DNA of 64,000 nucleotides from Camelus dromedarius (GCF_036321535.1 NC_087437.1:47928001-47992000), one strand, 5' to 3'. Positions 53,701 to 63,429 are shown, numbered from the stretch's first letter. Notes: generated by a model not told the origin, from the letters alone. A program made the numbers and translations.

Positions 53701-53860
53701 ACTTTCTTCTGCAGTATTTCCTGGAACTGACTTAAACCCATCAAATGCTTCTGTCTTTGTTTTCAGATGGGTGATCTACAACGACCACAAAGTCTGTGCC
53801 TCCGAAAGGCCCCCTAAAGACCTGGGCTACCTGTACTTTTACCGCAGGGTACCGAGCTAA
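3658..53860 (+). CDS. USP13: USP13 ubiquitin carboxyl-terminal hydrolase 13 (isopeptidase T-3), 5'-partial spliced CDS, 15 exons (human exons 7-21)
   Basis: The joined exons give one open frame from [19 protein letters not shown] to YFYRRVPS*. It contains the Cys box [18 protein letters not shown], two UBA domains ([23 protein letters not shown]) and the His box [11 protein letters not shown]...WVIYND. It closely matches human USP13 as I recall it. Exons 1-6 lie upstream of the window. Confidence 0.98.
4368..4497 (-). mobile_element. Vic-1-like camelid tRNA-Ala-derived SINE
   Basis: The reverse complement reads GGGGAGGGTAATAGCTCAGTGGTAGAGCGCCTGCTTAACATGCATGAGGTCCCAGTTCAATCCCCAGTAC (A and B boxes), then AAAAATAAATAAGTAAACCTAATTACC and an A-rich tail. 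Confidence 0.85.
4992..5179 (+). CDS. USP13: USP13 exon 8 (188 nt), Cys box; catalytic Cys codon TGC at 5124-5126
   Basis: ccccag|ACA GAG...AGA GC|gtaagt; [62 protein letters not shown]. Confidence 0.98.
4992..5362. other. Intragenic CpG-rich segment (exon 8 and start of intron 8)
   Basis: About 30 CpG in ~370 bp by hand count, against CpG-poor AT-rich flanks. Confidence 0.7.
5765..5986. mobile_element. Tigger2-type (TcMar) non-autonomous MITE
   Basis: 21-bp TIRs cagttgagccttgaacaacac (5765-5785) and gtgttgttcaaggctcagctg (5966-5986) with one mismatch, flanked by TA on both sides. Confidence 0.88.
6679..7337 (-). mobile_element. MER47/Tigger5-family DNA element, interrupted by a SINE
   Basis: Ends ...ttacaatgggtttgtgaggacataacc...agatctg|ta; internal gactttatgatggtgcaagag...attcagtagaaactgtatttcga resembles MER47. 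Confidence 0.78.
7080..7253 (-). mobile_element. Vic-1-like camelid SINE (internally deleted) nested in MER47
   Basis: T-rich tail, aattaggcttattttatttttagaggagatactagagattgaacccagg...tctaccacttgagct...cccc; 14-bp TSD at 7066-7079 and 7254-7267. Confidence 0.8.
9060..9420 (-). mobile_element. L2 LINE fragment
   Basis: Purine-rich L2-like antisense sequence: catggagattatattctag...gaagcaggagcgagcttggcgtg...gaggtcagagaagtgggcag. Confidence 0.6.
9962..10129. mobile_element. MER5-family hAT-Charlie element
   Basis: cagtggttcttgactctggctgcatgttagaatcacctgggg...cagggttgagacccactg with imperfect terminal inverted repeats. Confidence 0.75.
10307..10378 (+). CDS. USP13: USP13 exon 9 (72 nt)
   Basis: ttctag|G TAT GTA...CAG AT|gtaagt; [23 protein letters not shown](M). 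Confidence 0.96.
10755..10848 (+). CDS. USP13: USP13 exon 10 (94 nt)
   Basis: gcccag|G ACT AAG...CAT AAG|gtatgt; [31 protein letters not shown]. Confidence 0.97.
16560..16735 (+). mobile_element. MIR SINE
   Basis: gttacttaactcctctttgcctcagtttcatctg...gtaaagtactcagaactatgccttgcacctagtaa. Confidence 0.7.
19098..19223 (+). CDS. USP13: USP13 exon 11 (126 nt), QQD motif
   Basis: ttttag|CCT CAA CAG...GTC GAG|gtgggt; [42 protein letters not shown]. Confidence 0.97.
20290..20296 (+). promoter_or_regulatory. Optimal branch point TACTAAC of intron 11
   Basis: Exact TACTAAC; branch A at 20295 is 22 nt before the 3' splice-site G at 20317. Confidence 0.7.
20318..20471 (+). CDS. USP13: USP13 exon 12 (154 nt)
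   Basis: cttcag|AGG AAC...AAG G|gtaacg; [51 protein letters not shown]. Confidence 0.97.
22458..22632 (+). CDS. USP13: USP13 exon 13 (175 nt)
   Basis: actcag|AT GAA CTA...GTG AA|gtaagt; (D)[57 protein letters not shown](K). Confidence 0.97.
24690..24885 (-). mobile_element. MIR SINE
   Basis: ccatttatggcacgtttttgttccagg...ccccattttacagagg...ctaagtggcggacttggaat. Confidence 0.6.
25420..25660 (+). mobile_element. MIR SINE
   Basis: gtgacctcggccaagtgacctcacctccataagccccatttccttttatgtaaactgaggg...gcacagtgcctggca. Confidence 0.7.
27201..27234 (+). promoter_or_regulatory. Candidate CTCF site (core plus upstream module)
   Basis: TGCAG-N13-ACACTAGGGGGCAGTA; the core differs from CCACTAGGGGGCAG only at the first base. 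Confidence 0.45.
28270..28358 (+). CDS. USP13: USP13 exon 14 (89 nt)
   Basis: tcccag|A ACA TCC...TTT G|gtaggt; [29 protein letters not shown]. Confidence 0.96.
28660..28795. mobile_element. MER5A-like element
   Basis: aaatgctgattcagcagatcaggggtggggcttaggattc...ctaacaagctcccaggtgatgctgat. Confidence 0.65.
30047..30493 (-). mobile_element. Charlie4/MER102-family hAT element
   Basis: taggggttgcagactcagatgcct...caatagggagtggtggggtctgtagc...ggaaatctggat...ctaccagtgtgcgacctctg. Confidence 0.6.
30745..30867 (+). CDS. USP13: USP13 exon 15 (123 nt)
   Basis: tcacag|AT GTT...AAA G|gtacca; (D)[40 protein letters not shown]. Confidence 0.97.
32218..32244 (+). CDS. USP13: USP13 exon 16, 27-nt microexon
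   Basis: ttccag|AT CGC CTG ATG AAC CAA TTG ATA GAC C|gtatgt; (D)RLMNQLID(P), the linker before UBA1, preceded by a long pyrimidine tract. Confidence 0.93.
35057..35200 (+). CDS. USP13: USP13 exon 17 (144 nt), UBA1
   Basis: ctgtag|CA TCA GAC...CCA G|gtaggt; [47 protein letters not shown]. Confidence 0.97.
35385..36460 (-). mobile_element. L1 (L1M-type) fragment: ORF2 C-terminal region and 3' UTR
   Basis: Minus-strand translations resemble L1 ORF2 ([28 protein letters not shown]); typical L1 text gtatctcattgtggttttgatttgcatttccctgatg and cccagcaccatttgttgaaaagactgtcc. Confidence 0.92.
36541..36707 (+). CDS. USP13: USP13 exon 18 (167 nt), linker and start of UBA2
   Basis: ccccag|AT TTT...GCA ACG|gtaagc; (D)[55 protein letters not shown]. 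Confidence 0.97.
38167..38320 (+). CDS. USP13: USP13 exon 19 (154 nt), end of UBA2
   Basis: tatcag|AAC AGT...GGA A|gtaagt; [51 protein letters not shown]. Confidence 0.97.
38755..38942 (-). mobile_element. MIR SINE
   Basis: tgtgccaggcactgtgctagg...cagatgagaagacagag...ttaggtaaccttgcccaaggtcacatagc. Confidence 0.75.
41035..41195 (-). mobile_element. L1 3' end (cetartiodactyl L1_Art-like), among older degraded L1 pieces at ~40780-42200
   Basis: gaagtatagttgattt...gtttcaggtgtacaacatagtgattcagt...tccctgtgctgtacagt. Confidence 0.65.
42830..43005. mobile_element. MER5A element
   Basis: gtgtggtcctagaccagcag...ttggaaatgcacattcttgggcctcaccc...ccctccaggtggttctaat...ttgagaaccac. Confidence 0.75.
45027..47129 (-). 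mobile_element. ERV1 (MER41/MER4-group-like) provirus remnant: full LTR 45027-~45480, internal sequence, and a short second-LTR fragment ~47066-47129
   Basis: The LTR begins TG; a minus-strand polypurine tract (ccctctcttgg on +) follows it. The motif ctgatggcttgatccttgtag occurs at ~45427 and again at ~47085, and the element ends CA. The internal sequence is AT-rich with no ORF. Confidence 0.75.
46215..46306. repeat. Perfect 46-bp tandem duplication
   Basis: cattcagtcctatgtaattaatttttgttgatctggatgaagccat at 46215-46260 and 46261-46306. Confidence 0.97.
47130..47552 (+). mobile_element. Tigger1-derived internally deleted element (Tigger1a_Art-like)
   Basis: Starts cgggcatacct and ends gaacccgcagtgtctctgaggcatgccc; contains Tigger1 5' text (tttttacaaattgaagg...gtcacattttggtaattctcgc) joined to 3' text (gctgaaggctcagatgatgg). 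Confidence 0.85.
47684..47865. mobile_element. MER58A-like hAT element
   Basis: caggggccagcagacttttt...gggtcagagagt...gggctggatttggcc...ccctagac. Confidence 0.6.
50172..50580 (+). mobile_element. Internal L1 ORF2 reverse-transcriptase fragment
   Basis: Translates with frameshifts to [14 protein letters not shown]...QEEVKLFLF...[12 protein letters not shown]...INIQN, the L1 RT core. Confidence 0.88.
50659..50764. repeat. Compound microsatellite (GA)11-(GAGT)5-(GT)23-(GC)11
   Basis: Read directly; GT at 50697-50742, GC at 50743-50764; adjacent units share boundary bases. Confidence 0.97.
52021..52105 (+). CDS. USP13: USP13 exon 20 (85 nt), His box; catalytic His codon CAT at 52074-52076
   Basis: tcacag|TG TAC GAA...GGA AG|gtgagt; (M)[27 protein letters not shown](R). 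Confidence 0.97.
52140..52320 (-). mobile_element. MIR SINE
   Basis: ttgagcacctgctatgtgccag...ccattttatacatcaagactctgaggctcaggga. Confidence 0.7.
52389..52598. mobile_element. MER53-like hAT element
   Basis: gggattgtcagat...tttgaatttcagata...atctggcaaccct with imperfect terminal inverted repeats. Confidence 0.7.
53767..53860 (+). CDS. USP13: USP13 exon 21 coding part, ends at TAA
   Basis: tttcag|A TGG GTG ATC TAC AAC GAC...[39 protein letters not shown]. Confidence 0.97.
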
Positions 53861-53910
53861 ACCTCACGTGCAGACTGGCGAGAAGAAGCCATATGCCTTT
53901 TTAATTTGCC

Positions 53911-53939
<29 letters not shown>
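53911..53939 (+). repeat. A29 tract in the proximal 3' UTR
   Basis: 29 consecutive A, starting 50 nt after the stop codon. Confidence 0.95.
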
Positions 53940-53941
<2 letters not shown>

Positions 53942-56900
53942 AGTTGGGACAGCCAGACATGAAGGAATACATGGGGTATTTATAGTTTATTTAAAGAACA
54001 TCATTTGATGCCTTCTGAAATAGAACTGGGAGGAAATTTCTATCAGTGATGATACACTACTGTAGATAGTTTTTCTTTTTATAAATGTTTAAGAAGAGAA
54101 TGATTTAAAAAGAGAAGTGTTCATATTGCTGGTGGGGGATCTGTCACTGGCACATCAAAACAGGACTGTGCCACCAGCCCTCTGTTGTAGTTTGGGGGTC
54201 AGCGGCCGTGGCCGCCAGAGAACCCAGGTCGTGGGGCCAGTCCTGTCGCCTCACCCACAATAAACAAAAAGCCCACTTTTGTTTCATATCGAACATCAGT
54301 AACCAGGCTGGGCTTTACTTGTGACATAATTTTTTTCATGATGCACAATAGTTTCTGACCTCTCCATGTACAGTAGATTAGAACATCCACAACGAGAGAT
54401 GTTTAATTTAAATCATATCAAAATTCATAATCTGATTGTGTGAATGTGTGTGAGAATGAGACCCAGAGTGTGAGACCTTTCTAGGCAACTAGAAAACCTG
54501 TGACGGGTTGGTTTTTAAAGGTTAAAATAGGTGGTATTAAGCATAGCTGGAGAAAGCAAGTAAATATTTTAAAGAAACTATAACTCAGGAACAGTTTAAA
54601 AAATTAGCTCCCCCACTTAGATGTTCAGGCGTAAAAAGGGCTGTGGCCCCTTTCCGTGCTGTCAAGAATCCCTGTGGGTTTGTGCCACTGGTATCAACAC
54701 AGATGCCCACAGCAGCACATATTGTTCTTTGCCAAAGGTAGATGGATTCTGTCTGTCAGCAGCCCTTCCCCTAAGGCGTTGTGGTGTGTATTGTTAGGAT
54801 AGCTGATTTCTTCCTGCCATAACACGTGACAGCTCCCTGGAATCATGCTAACTGCGCCAGATTTGTCTGTCGTTTTCTCATCCCCCAGCAATCTGCTTGC
54901 CTCCGTTTCTACTTTTTCTGGGGCCAGAGTCTCCTCTCTGCCCTTTCTTGGCTTGTCACCTCCTGACTTGCCTCACTGCTTATCTGCTGTGACCAACAGT
55001 GTGATCTTGGGCAGTTTAAGGGTTTCAGTTGCAAAGAAACTTTACATGACATTATGAAAGACCATCGTTTCCATTTTTGGTATTTTAGTATTTTAGTTGC
55101 AATCTGGAATTGGATCAGAGTTTCAAATGTGATGAAAAAAGTAGAAGGCTAGTGCTCTAAAATTTTCCTACTGCGCTGTACCAAATGCCAGGGCCTCTGG
55201 AGTTTCTATTTCAGATTCTTCAGTCAAATAAAGCAGGATTTATTGCTGTCTGCTTAACATGCATTTGATTGGTAGAAAGGATCTTTCTGGAAACTGTAGG
55301 AAAATAAAGCAGAATCAGTTGGGTGAAATACAGCACAGAATTTCACAGTTCTGTGAAATACAGAAATGGGACGATGACTTGTGAGTTATGAACAGTCAGG
55401 ATTCTGGTTCTGATTGGGGCCCTGCTCACAGGAGATCAGTGATACTTTGTGTGCGAGGGATGGGGAGCCTGAGGCCTGTGGCCCGGGGACCTGGGTGCTG
55501 CTGAGCTGGGCGAGTCCCTCAGCCTCCCTGTGCCTCACTCGTCTGCACAATGGTGTGGTGACACCTGCCCTCTCCTTCCAGCTGTGCTTGGAGGATCTGG
55601 CGAGAGCCGGTGTGACAAGTGTCGTGCGCAGGCAGGTCCTGGTAGAGTCAGTGTCCTCTCTTGTCTGATCTGATGTTTTCTTCAGTTTGAGAACAAATGA
55701 GATTGGCAGGAGGGAGCTCATGGTGTGAAAATCCTCTACTAAACTCTGCCCCCTGGTGTCACCTTCGAACATGGTCTCGGACATCCTAGAGCAGTCCCAG
55801 TCTGGGACACGGGTCCCTGTCTCCTGCAGAAACCCCCACACTAAGGAGCCTTACAAAATCCAGTCTCCTCATGGCTGAGTCTCATAGAATAATGACTCCA
55901 AACACACATCCAAAATGACATCTTTTCACTGCTGGTACGAAGTGAAGGCCTTTTTTGGGGGGTGGGAGGGTGGTTGGGAATTTGGATTGAAATGTGGAGA
56001 AAATGGCATGTGTATTTTGAACAACAAAAAAATTTATAATCAAACTTTGAAAAACAAATGGTGCAAAGTTGGTATATAAGATTATAGGCTACACATTAAT
56101 TCATTCAGTAGGAAAAGAAATTTAGCCCTTTTGATACCTAACCATATTGTAAGAAAATGTAACATGGCTGCCTTTTTTTTTTCTGCGTCACAAAACAAAG
56201 GGCTATTTCTATAAGGCAAAGTTTTATATGTGTGCTATTCTTTATTTCCGATTGAGAGTTGGGAAAAACTGGAGCAAATATTGGTTTTCTTTTATGCTTA
56301 CCAATGCATTTACATGTATATCTTAATATATTTCAAGGCAAGTTTCCCTGGAATCAGAGTCTGGAATATACTGCTTAATTTTCCACATGTATGTAGATGA
56401 GATGATGACTGAAACTGGAATAGTGTGTGTATTTTGTCAACTGATCATCAGCCTGTTAGGACTCTTCTGTGTGAGGCGTGCTGGTGTAATTGTGAAATTC
56501 TCACTGTGTGTGGCTGTACGTGTGAAGGAGAGCACCTTCTTCCTGTAAATATCTTTTGATACCCATTTGTGTAAAATCCTGATGAATATGTCTTTGGAGA
56601 ATACAGCTATCAGATTTTTATTTTGTCAGTTGATCTAAATGCCCATATAACTAATCAGAAATCCAGTTTGGCTCAGCTTGGGATTTTTTTTTTGAGGGGA
56701 GAAGAAGTATGCAGAAGGGACGAGTCATGTTTGAATGCGGCTTCACGTCAGCACTGCTTTAATGCTTTGAACTGACGTGTCGTTTTCTCCCACCCACAAG
56801 AGAATGTGCCTGGCGCTCCCTGGGCTCACCGTGGGCCGGAGGGAGTGGCCCGAGCCTCTTACCCCCAACATCATTTACTCCCTCTGCCTGAACTGGATGG

Positions 56901-57721
56901 AGCCTCACCTGCAATTCACAGTGAGAGCACCTGGGCTTGTAGCCCGGCTCCGCTTCTGAGTGTGATGGGACTGGGTCACAGTACTTCTCTCAGCCTTTTC
57001 CTTTAAAGTGAGTGGGTTAGACCAGTAAGCTCACAAGTCCCTTTCTGCCGTCACATCCAATTCTATTTTTATTTTCCTATGGTTACAGCTGGGGTCAGGC
57101 ATGTGAGATGCGAGGGATCACACAGAGGCTAGACGTTAGGCTTTTGGTTTGTTACAGCTCACGCACCCCACTTTAGAACCTGCCTCATTTTTAGTGTCCC
57201 CACCCCAACTGCTCATTCCCACTTTCTTGAGTAATTTCTTTGGTAATTATCCCATCTCCCTCCTCCAACACCCACTGCCCCCCCGACCTCCAACGCTGGA
57301 AACTCCACTTCCCAGTTGATAAGGTGTTTTGTTACTGTCCTCCTTGAAAATGAGAAATCTGTTTAAAACACCTCCTGCCCTAAAAAATCTGAGAGCTACC
57401 TTCTGCTGACTTTGTGACCTTAATGGAATATTTTCTTACTCTAACTCAGTTATAGCTGTGATCCTTAAATAAGATTTTCTGCCACAGAAAGGATGCCTTT
57501 TCACCTCGTAGGCATCACTGTTGCTAAATCACACCATCTGCAGGGAAATGGCCAGGGGCAGGACTGGGGGATAGGATTAGATAAAACGTGGTTCTATCTT
57601 TACCTAAGGTCAGAAGTCCTAGGTTCTGTACCCTGACGCTGGTGTGTGAGATCGCCCACGCAGTGCCATGGAGGTTCCCTACTCAGTAAGTCATCCTGGA
57701 AGAGTGTGTGTTATGAGTCTC

Positions 57722-58035
57722 TAGATCTGCACTGTTCAGTAAGTCATCCGTGGTCACGTGTGGCTAATGACCTCTGGAAATGTGTCTTGTCCAAACTGAG
57801 GTGCTGTACACAGGAAATACACACCAGACTTTGAAGGCATGGTAACAAAAAGGGAATGTAAAATAGTGCATCAATATTTTCTATTGATTTTATGTGCTAA
57901 AATGACAATACTTTAGATATATTAAATAAGGTATTATTAAAATTTTATCTTTTTTCCAAATGTGGCTACCAAGAAATTTTGAAATTGGACACGTGACTTG
58001 CATTGTACGTCTGCTGGACAGTGCTTCTCTAGACC
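57722..58035. mobile_element. MER33-like hAT-Charlie element inside the 3' UTR
   Basis: gcactgttcagta...cacgtgtggcta...aatacacaccagactttgaag...aatgtggctacc...ctggacagtgct, flanked by ctaga. Confidence 0.7.
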
Positions 58036-58644
58036 AAGTCGGGTCGGGGAGGCAGTGAGATGCCATAGGAGTGGAAGGTAATTCTCTGAAGCATCCAGGC
58101 AGACAGAGGCAACACAAATGTTTTTGCTGGAGTTGGGAGCACTGTGAGGCACAGAACAAATGCCTTCCAGAAAGCAGAAGTTTTTTTTACATAAAAACCA
58201 ATATATGTAAGACCCCTATTAAAAAAGCAAATGAGTCCAAACCCCGTTCCTTCAGCTTTGCCTAGAAGCTGCCAGCTTTGCATTTATTTTCTAAGCATCT
58301 TGTAGGTGCCAGGGATGTCAGCCACATGAGGATGCTGGGCGGACTTATTTCACTTTGGGCAACATTCTCTTGTGGTTTCCCCTCCACAGGTATTGTTTCA
58401 TCTGTTCAGAGCTGGGCATGTTAAAATCCTGTGCAAATCTTGCCGCTCCTCCCGGCCTCAGCAGAGGGCTCAGCCTGTGGGCAGCGCCTGTCTGCCCAGC
58501 AGGGTTTGACATTGGCTCCTGAAAGAGTGTGTCTGTTTTATTTCGCACTAGTCACAGTTGTTTAAAATATCTCAAATGTTTTGGGAGAGTATTTGCCTGT
58601 GATAGAAAGAGAGATGGATGATTTATTGCTTCAGTTGTTTTAAA

Positions 58645-58650
58645 ATTAAA
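58645..58650 (+). terminator. Probable distal polyadenylation signal (ATTAAA) of USP13
   Basis: ATTAAA followed by ctcacaa and a downstream U/GU-rich element. Confidence 0.6.
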
Positions 58651-59092
58651 AGCTATTCTCACAATCTGAGGTCCCTTCATGGCTTTTTGTTTCTTTCTTT
58701 TTTTTTCTTTTGCAAGATGCCAAGTAAACAGATTCTGCCTTTTACAGGTTCTTAAACATCAGTGGAACAGGTAACTTGGGACAGTGCCTAATTTTATTTC
58801 TTTCTAGGGTTTCTTTGTGTGGGCCCCGAGGCTGCCTGGTCCCCATCAGTGGTGGAACATCCGCAGTGGCAAGACGTTATCCCGGGAGGGAGGGAGGGGC
58901 CCGGGCGGGGGTGTCTGCTGTCTTTCAGAACTTCTCTACTGGGTTTCAAGTTGCACATTGGAATCAGTTGAAACCTTTCTGTGGGTTTCCGGCTCTCAGT
59001 TTGCTGGTGGCTTCCTTGACACAGGTATAGGCAGAATCGACACTAGTTGCATTGAGGGATTTCAGCATTTTTATGAAGCCGTGTTTCTAGGC

Positions 59093-59518
59093 TGTATATG
59101 AGTTTCCTGTTGCTGCTGTAACAGATTACCACAAACTTAGTGGCTTAAAACAACACATTTCTTAGGTCAGAAAGTCTGGAAATGGGTCTCACAAGGCTAA
59201 AATCAAGGTGTTGGCAGGGAAGCTGGAGGAGAGAACCCATTCGTTGTGTCTTCCAGCTTCTGGAAGCTGTTCTTGTTCCCTGGCTCACACCCTCCTGACA
59301 GCATTGGCTTTCCTCCAGCATCTACTTACGTTGTTATATCTCTGTCACTGGTTCTCCTGCCTTTCTTACAGAGACCCTTATGATTACATTGGGTTTGCCC
59401 AGATATTCCAGAGGAATCTTCCCATCTCAGGATCCTTAACTACAGCTGCAGTGTTCCTTTTCCCATGTAAGGTAACACAGTCACAGATGGGGGGGGGGGC
59501 ATTATTTTGCCTACCATA
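59093..59518 (-). mobile_element. MLT1 (MaLR) solo LTR, MLT1C-like
   Basis: gctgctgtaacagattaccacaaacttagtggcttaaaacaacac...ggctaaaatcaaggtgttggcaggg...attattttgcctacca. Confidence 0.85.
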
Positions 59519-60295
59519 TAGGAGACGCTAGTTACTACTTAAAATGTTTATTCAGTGCTTAAAATTTTTAAAAGAATGAACCTCTGCTTCTAAAAATCCA
59601 AGTGAAATGACTGACACCAGTGTTACGCCGTATGTTTTGGTGAGGGGGTGAGAGGAAAAGGGAATGATTGGGAGAGTGAGGGGTCATTTACAATCCAGAG
59701 AACTGTGAAGTTTTAGGACCATGTTTGCAAGCCAGTTGCTGTTTACATCCCCTTGATCCGTCCCACTGTGTCCAGTGGGAGAGTGTACCAGTGTGTGTAT
59801 GTGCTGTTTGAACTTATGGTCCTGCTTTTCAAATGTCGTCAGGGACAAACTTCAGTCACAGTGGGGAAGTTTAATAGGAAAATGGTGAGTTATCCTCATG
59901 TAGCCAATTACTTAAAAATCTACTCGGAAAAGTCTTTCAGTGAGGTCAGGAGGCAGGGTGGGATAATGGGAAGAAGCATAGAGACACGGCCAAATCCTGT
60001 TGTCAACACAGGGTAGCTGTGTGACTGTGCAAAGCACTTAATATCCTAAGACTCAGTCATCCCATCTGTTCAGTGGGCATAATACTTGAGTTCGAGTATC
60101 ACAGGATACTTTTACTGTGCTATTTTATGTCATGTTAACCCATATAGCATTTTGGGTTACTCTAAGGAGTTTTTGACCCATTGAGTCTAAAAAATTCCTT
60201 TAAAACAATCAGAATTATACCAGCATTGATGACTTTTTTTTTTTCAGGAAATAATTCCATTAAGCCAATTTATGTTGTTATTCTGTATAGCATGG

Positions 60296-62070
60296 TTCAT
60301 CATTCAGTAAATACTAACGGTCTACCATGTGCTGGGCATTGTTTTTCTTAGCTGTGTCAGTAAACAAAGTAGACTAGGTCTCTGCCCTTGCCGAGTTAAT
60401 TTTCTACCAGGGACAGACAGATACTAAACATAAGAAATAAGCAAGTACGTTAGAAGAGATTGAGTCCTATGGAAAAAAGAAAACGAAGAGCAGGGGTGGA
60501 GGTGCAGACTGAAGGACTAAATTGGATACTCAGGGAAGGCATCGTCTGGAGGTGAGATTTGAATGAAGGATTGGAGGAGGTGAAGGAGTCATTCGAATGG
60601 ATGTTTGGGGGAAGGACGTGCTTGGCAGAGGGACTAACTGGAGCACTGACTCCGGGGTGGGGACATTTCTGATCTGTCAGAGAAGCAGCAAGGGGACCAG
60701 TGTGGTTGGAGGGAAGGGAGTTAGTGGGAGAGGAGAGTGGAAGGGGCCAGATCACCTGAGCCTGGGAGGTGTTGGAAGGGCTTGACTCTAGAGTGCAAGG
60801 GGGGCCATTACAGGGTCTTGAGCAGAGCAGTGACCTGATCTAAGTTCCAAGAAGATAATTCTTTGTTTAGAGTAGATGATAGGAGGGCCAGGGAGGAAGT
60901 AGGAGCTACTGTGGCAAGTGAGGGGAGAGGATCATGGCTCAGATGGATGGGGTAGCAGTGGAGGTGGTATGGATGGCCAGATTCTGGACACATTTGAAGG
61001 TAAAGCCAATAGAATTTCCTGCTGGATAGGATGTGGGATGTGAGGGGATAAGCGTAGCTAAGGCTGCCCCCAAGTTTTTGTTCTGTGCAACTGAAGAATG
61101 TAGTTGCAATCAGCTAAGGTGGTTAGGGTGCGGTGGGGTTGGAGGTGGTGGTGGGGAAGGATGGCCAGTTTGGGATACATTGGGTTTGAAATGTCTGTTA
61201 GACCTCTGTGGTCGATGTTGAGTAGGAAGCTGGATATGCAGCTCTGGACTTTGAGAGAGAAGTCCTGACTGTCGGTAATGGGAGTGGTTGGTATTTAGAT
61301 GGTATTTAAAGCCATGGGACTGGGTGAGATCATCAATGGAGGGAGACAGGAAATATAAGAGGTCCAGGGACTGAGCCTTTCAACATAAGAAGTCAGGGAG
61401 AAGATGAGCCACAAAGGAGACGTGAAGAGAGACCACCAATATGCACGGAAACCAAGACGATGGCACCTGGAAGTGGAACCCAAGTGGAGAAGGCGTCTTG
61501 AGGAGGTGAGAGTGATCACCTGCCAGATAACTGCGGTAGGTTACGTAAGATGAGTTCACCATGAGATTGATCGGCTTGGGCTCTTGGGTGATCTCCATGA
61601 GAACAGTTTGGGAGGTGAGGAATTGCAGAAGATGAGTGTAGACAACTCTTGGGGGAGATTTGCTACCAAGGAAAGTGAAGCAGTGGGGTGATGGCTTACT
61701 GGGGAAGTGGGATGGGATTTAGAGAAGTTTTTCCTTTTAATTGTGAGAAATAAGATGGTCAAACAAAGGAGGGAGGATGTAGGAGGGAGAGGGAAGAAGT
61801 GCTGAGCCATTATTCTTGAACAGGCAAGAGGTGATGGAATCTGGTGCCAAAGTCGGAGCCGACTCTAGGCAGGGCCTGGAAGACCTGCATGGGGACAGGA
61901 GGAAGGCAGGGACCGGAGTGTCGATGCCACAGCCAGGAAAGCAGGAGACTGAGTGCCGTGAGTCTGGGAGTTCTCTCGTGTCTGCCTTCACTGCCTCAGG
62001 GAAGTAGGAAGCATGGCCAGCTTAGGGGAGGTGTGGGGCAGAGTGGGGATTTGAGGAGAGAGGAGGGGGT
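60296..62070 (-). mobile_element. Long L2 LINE fragment
   Basis: 3' tail ttcatcattcagtaaatact...ccatgtgctgggcattg, then continuous L2 antisense motifs (gattctggacacatttgaagg; atggtatttaaagccatgggactgggtgagatc). Confidence 0.85.
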
Positions 62071-63429
62071 AAGAAAGTTACCCAGACTCTTCCCAGACTT
62101 TTACATTTTCCTTTCTAATGAACTTACTTTAATTGTTAACAATTCTGTACATTTTTATAAGGACGGTCTGAGTCATCAGTTTGTTTTCCATCCTCATCAG
62201 TTTTTCTCACTATTATAACTTTTGCTATTGCAAATTCCCCTTTGCAGCCGTTGTTTCCACTCGGCCCAGCTTTCCCAGGTCAAATTTTGTAAATCTAAAT
62301 TTTGTCGAGAGGATTTTGTTCTTTTATCAGTTTTTAACCAATAGCAAATTTTACTACAAGCAGTGTTGGCCATCATCTTGGTAATTTCTCAAGCCTACTT
62401 TTTCCCAGGTCAGTTTGTGCAGTTTTTAGTATTAGATGGGATCTTTCACCTGTCTTTAAATCTCTTAAGACATTTTTTTCACCTGGCACTGTTTTTTGCT
62501 ATTGTTAATTATTTGCAGGAATATCAGTTATGGCCTGGATGCAATTATCAGTAGAGCAAAGACTTAGGACCTTGGGCGCCCACTGAGTTTAAAACTGCAG
62601 GTTAGAAACGTGGTAGCTTCCAGTAAATTGCTAGCTTCCTTTTCTGTTTCCCTTTCAAAGAACTCAGGCTGGAAAGGCTCTACTGCCTGGTCTCCACCCT
62701 TCTAAACAGTGAGCAGACTCGAGCAGAGCACCTACTGAGAATCAGTTTTTTGCCCTGTGGAACTAAACTAATGTTAACCATTGGTTCCTCACGTTCTGAT
62801 TCACTGACGATTAACTAGGCGGCATTATTTATTATGCGATGTAAGTAAGGAAAAAAACAGGTCAGTCCTTGTGAGCCCTGAAGTACTGGCTAGTTGAGGT
62901 CTACTACCTCAAGGAGCCCTGTACAGAAATGTAAAGGACCCTTCAGACCTTGGGCTGCTTCTGTATACACTGGGGTGAAGCAGCTGTTTGGGGACATTAA
63001 CATAATTCACATTTAAAGTGGGAGGGTAGGAGACATAAGAGTTTGAGTGATGCAGCAGGTGGGGAGAGGAGCCACAATTCACCACTAGGTAGATGGCATT
63101 TTACTGCGTGTAGAGTAACAGTGGAGCAGGAAAGAAAGATGTACAGCTTGATTTTCTAGAGGAGAAAACAGAATCCCACCTGAAGTGCTGCCGCAGATCG
63201 GAAGCAGGGGCAGTCAAGAGGGAGAGCCTGTTGTCTCCGTCCCCAACCTGACCACTCAAGGACTTTAGTAGGCATCTCGGAAACACAAACTTCCACATCA
63301 GTGGCATTCGTCCCCCCCGGGGTAAGTCCGCCCTTTCCCTGCTCCAGGAAGTCCTCCCGTCTCCGTCCGGACACCTCACATCTCCCTGGGCTCGCTTTCC
63401 TTAAAAGTGTGGTGTGTCCTGGGCACACA

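Larger units (their letters stand above)
53861..58663 (+). other. USP13: USP13 long 3' UTR (probable extent)
   Basis: Follows the stop codon. The end is inferred from ATTAAA at 58645-58650, a CA about 12 nt downstream and a T/GT-rich tract at ~58684-58711. Confidence 0.65.

Noticed and set aside
57683..57749. 14-bp direct repeat tcagtaagtcatcc near the MER33 edge
   Set aside because: Too short, and not positioned as a target-site duplication; no supportable function
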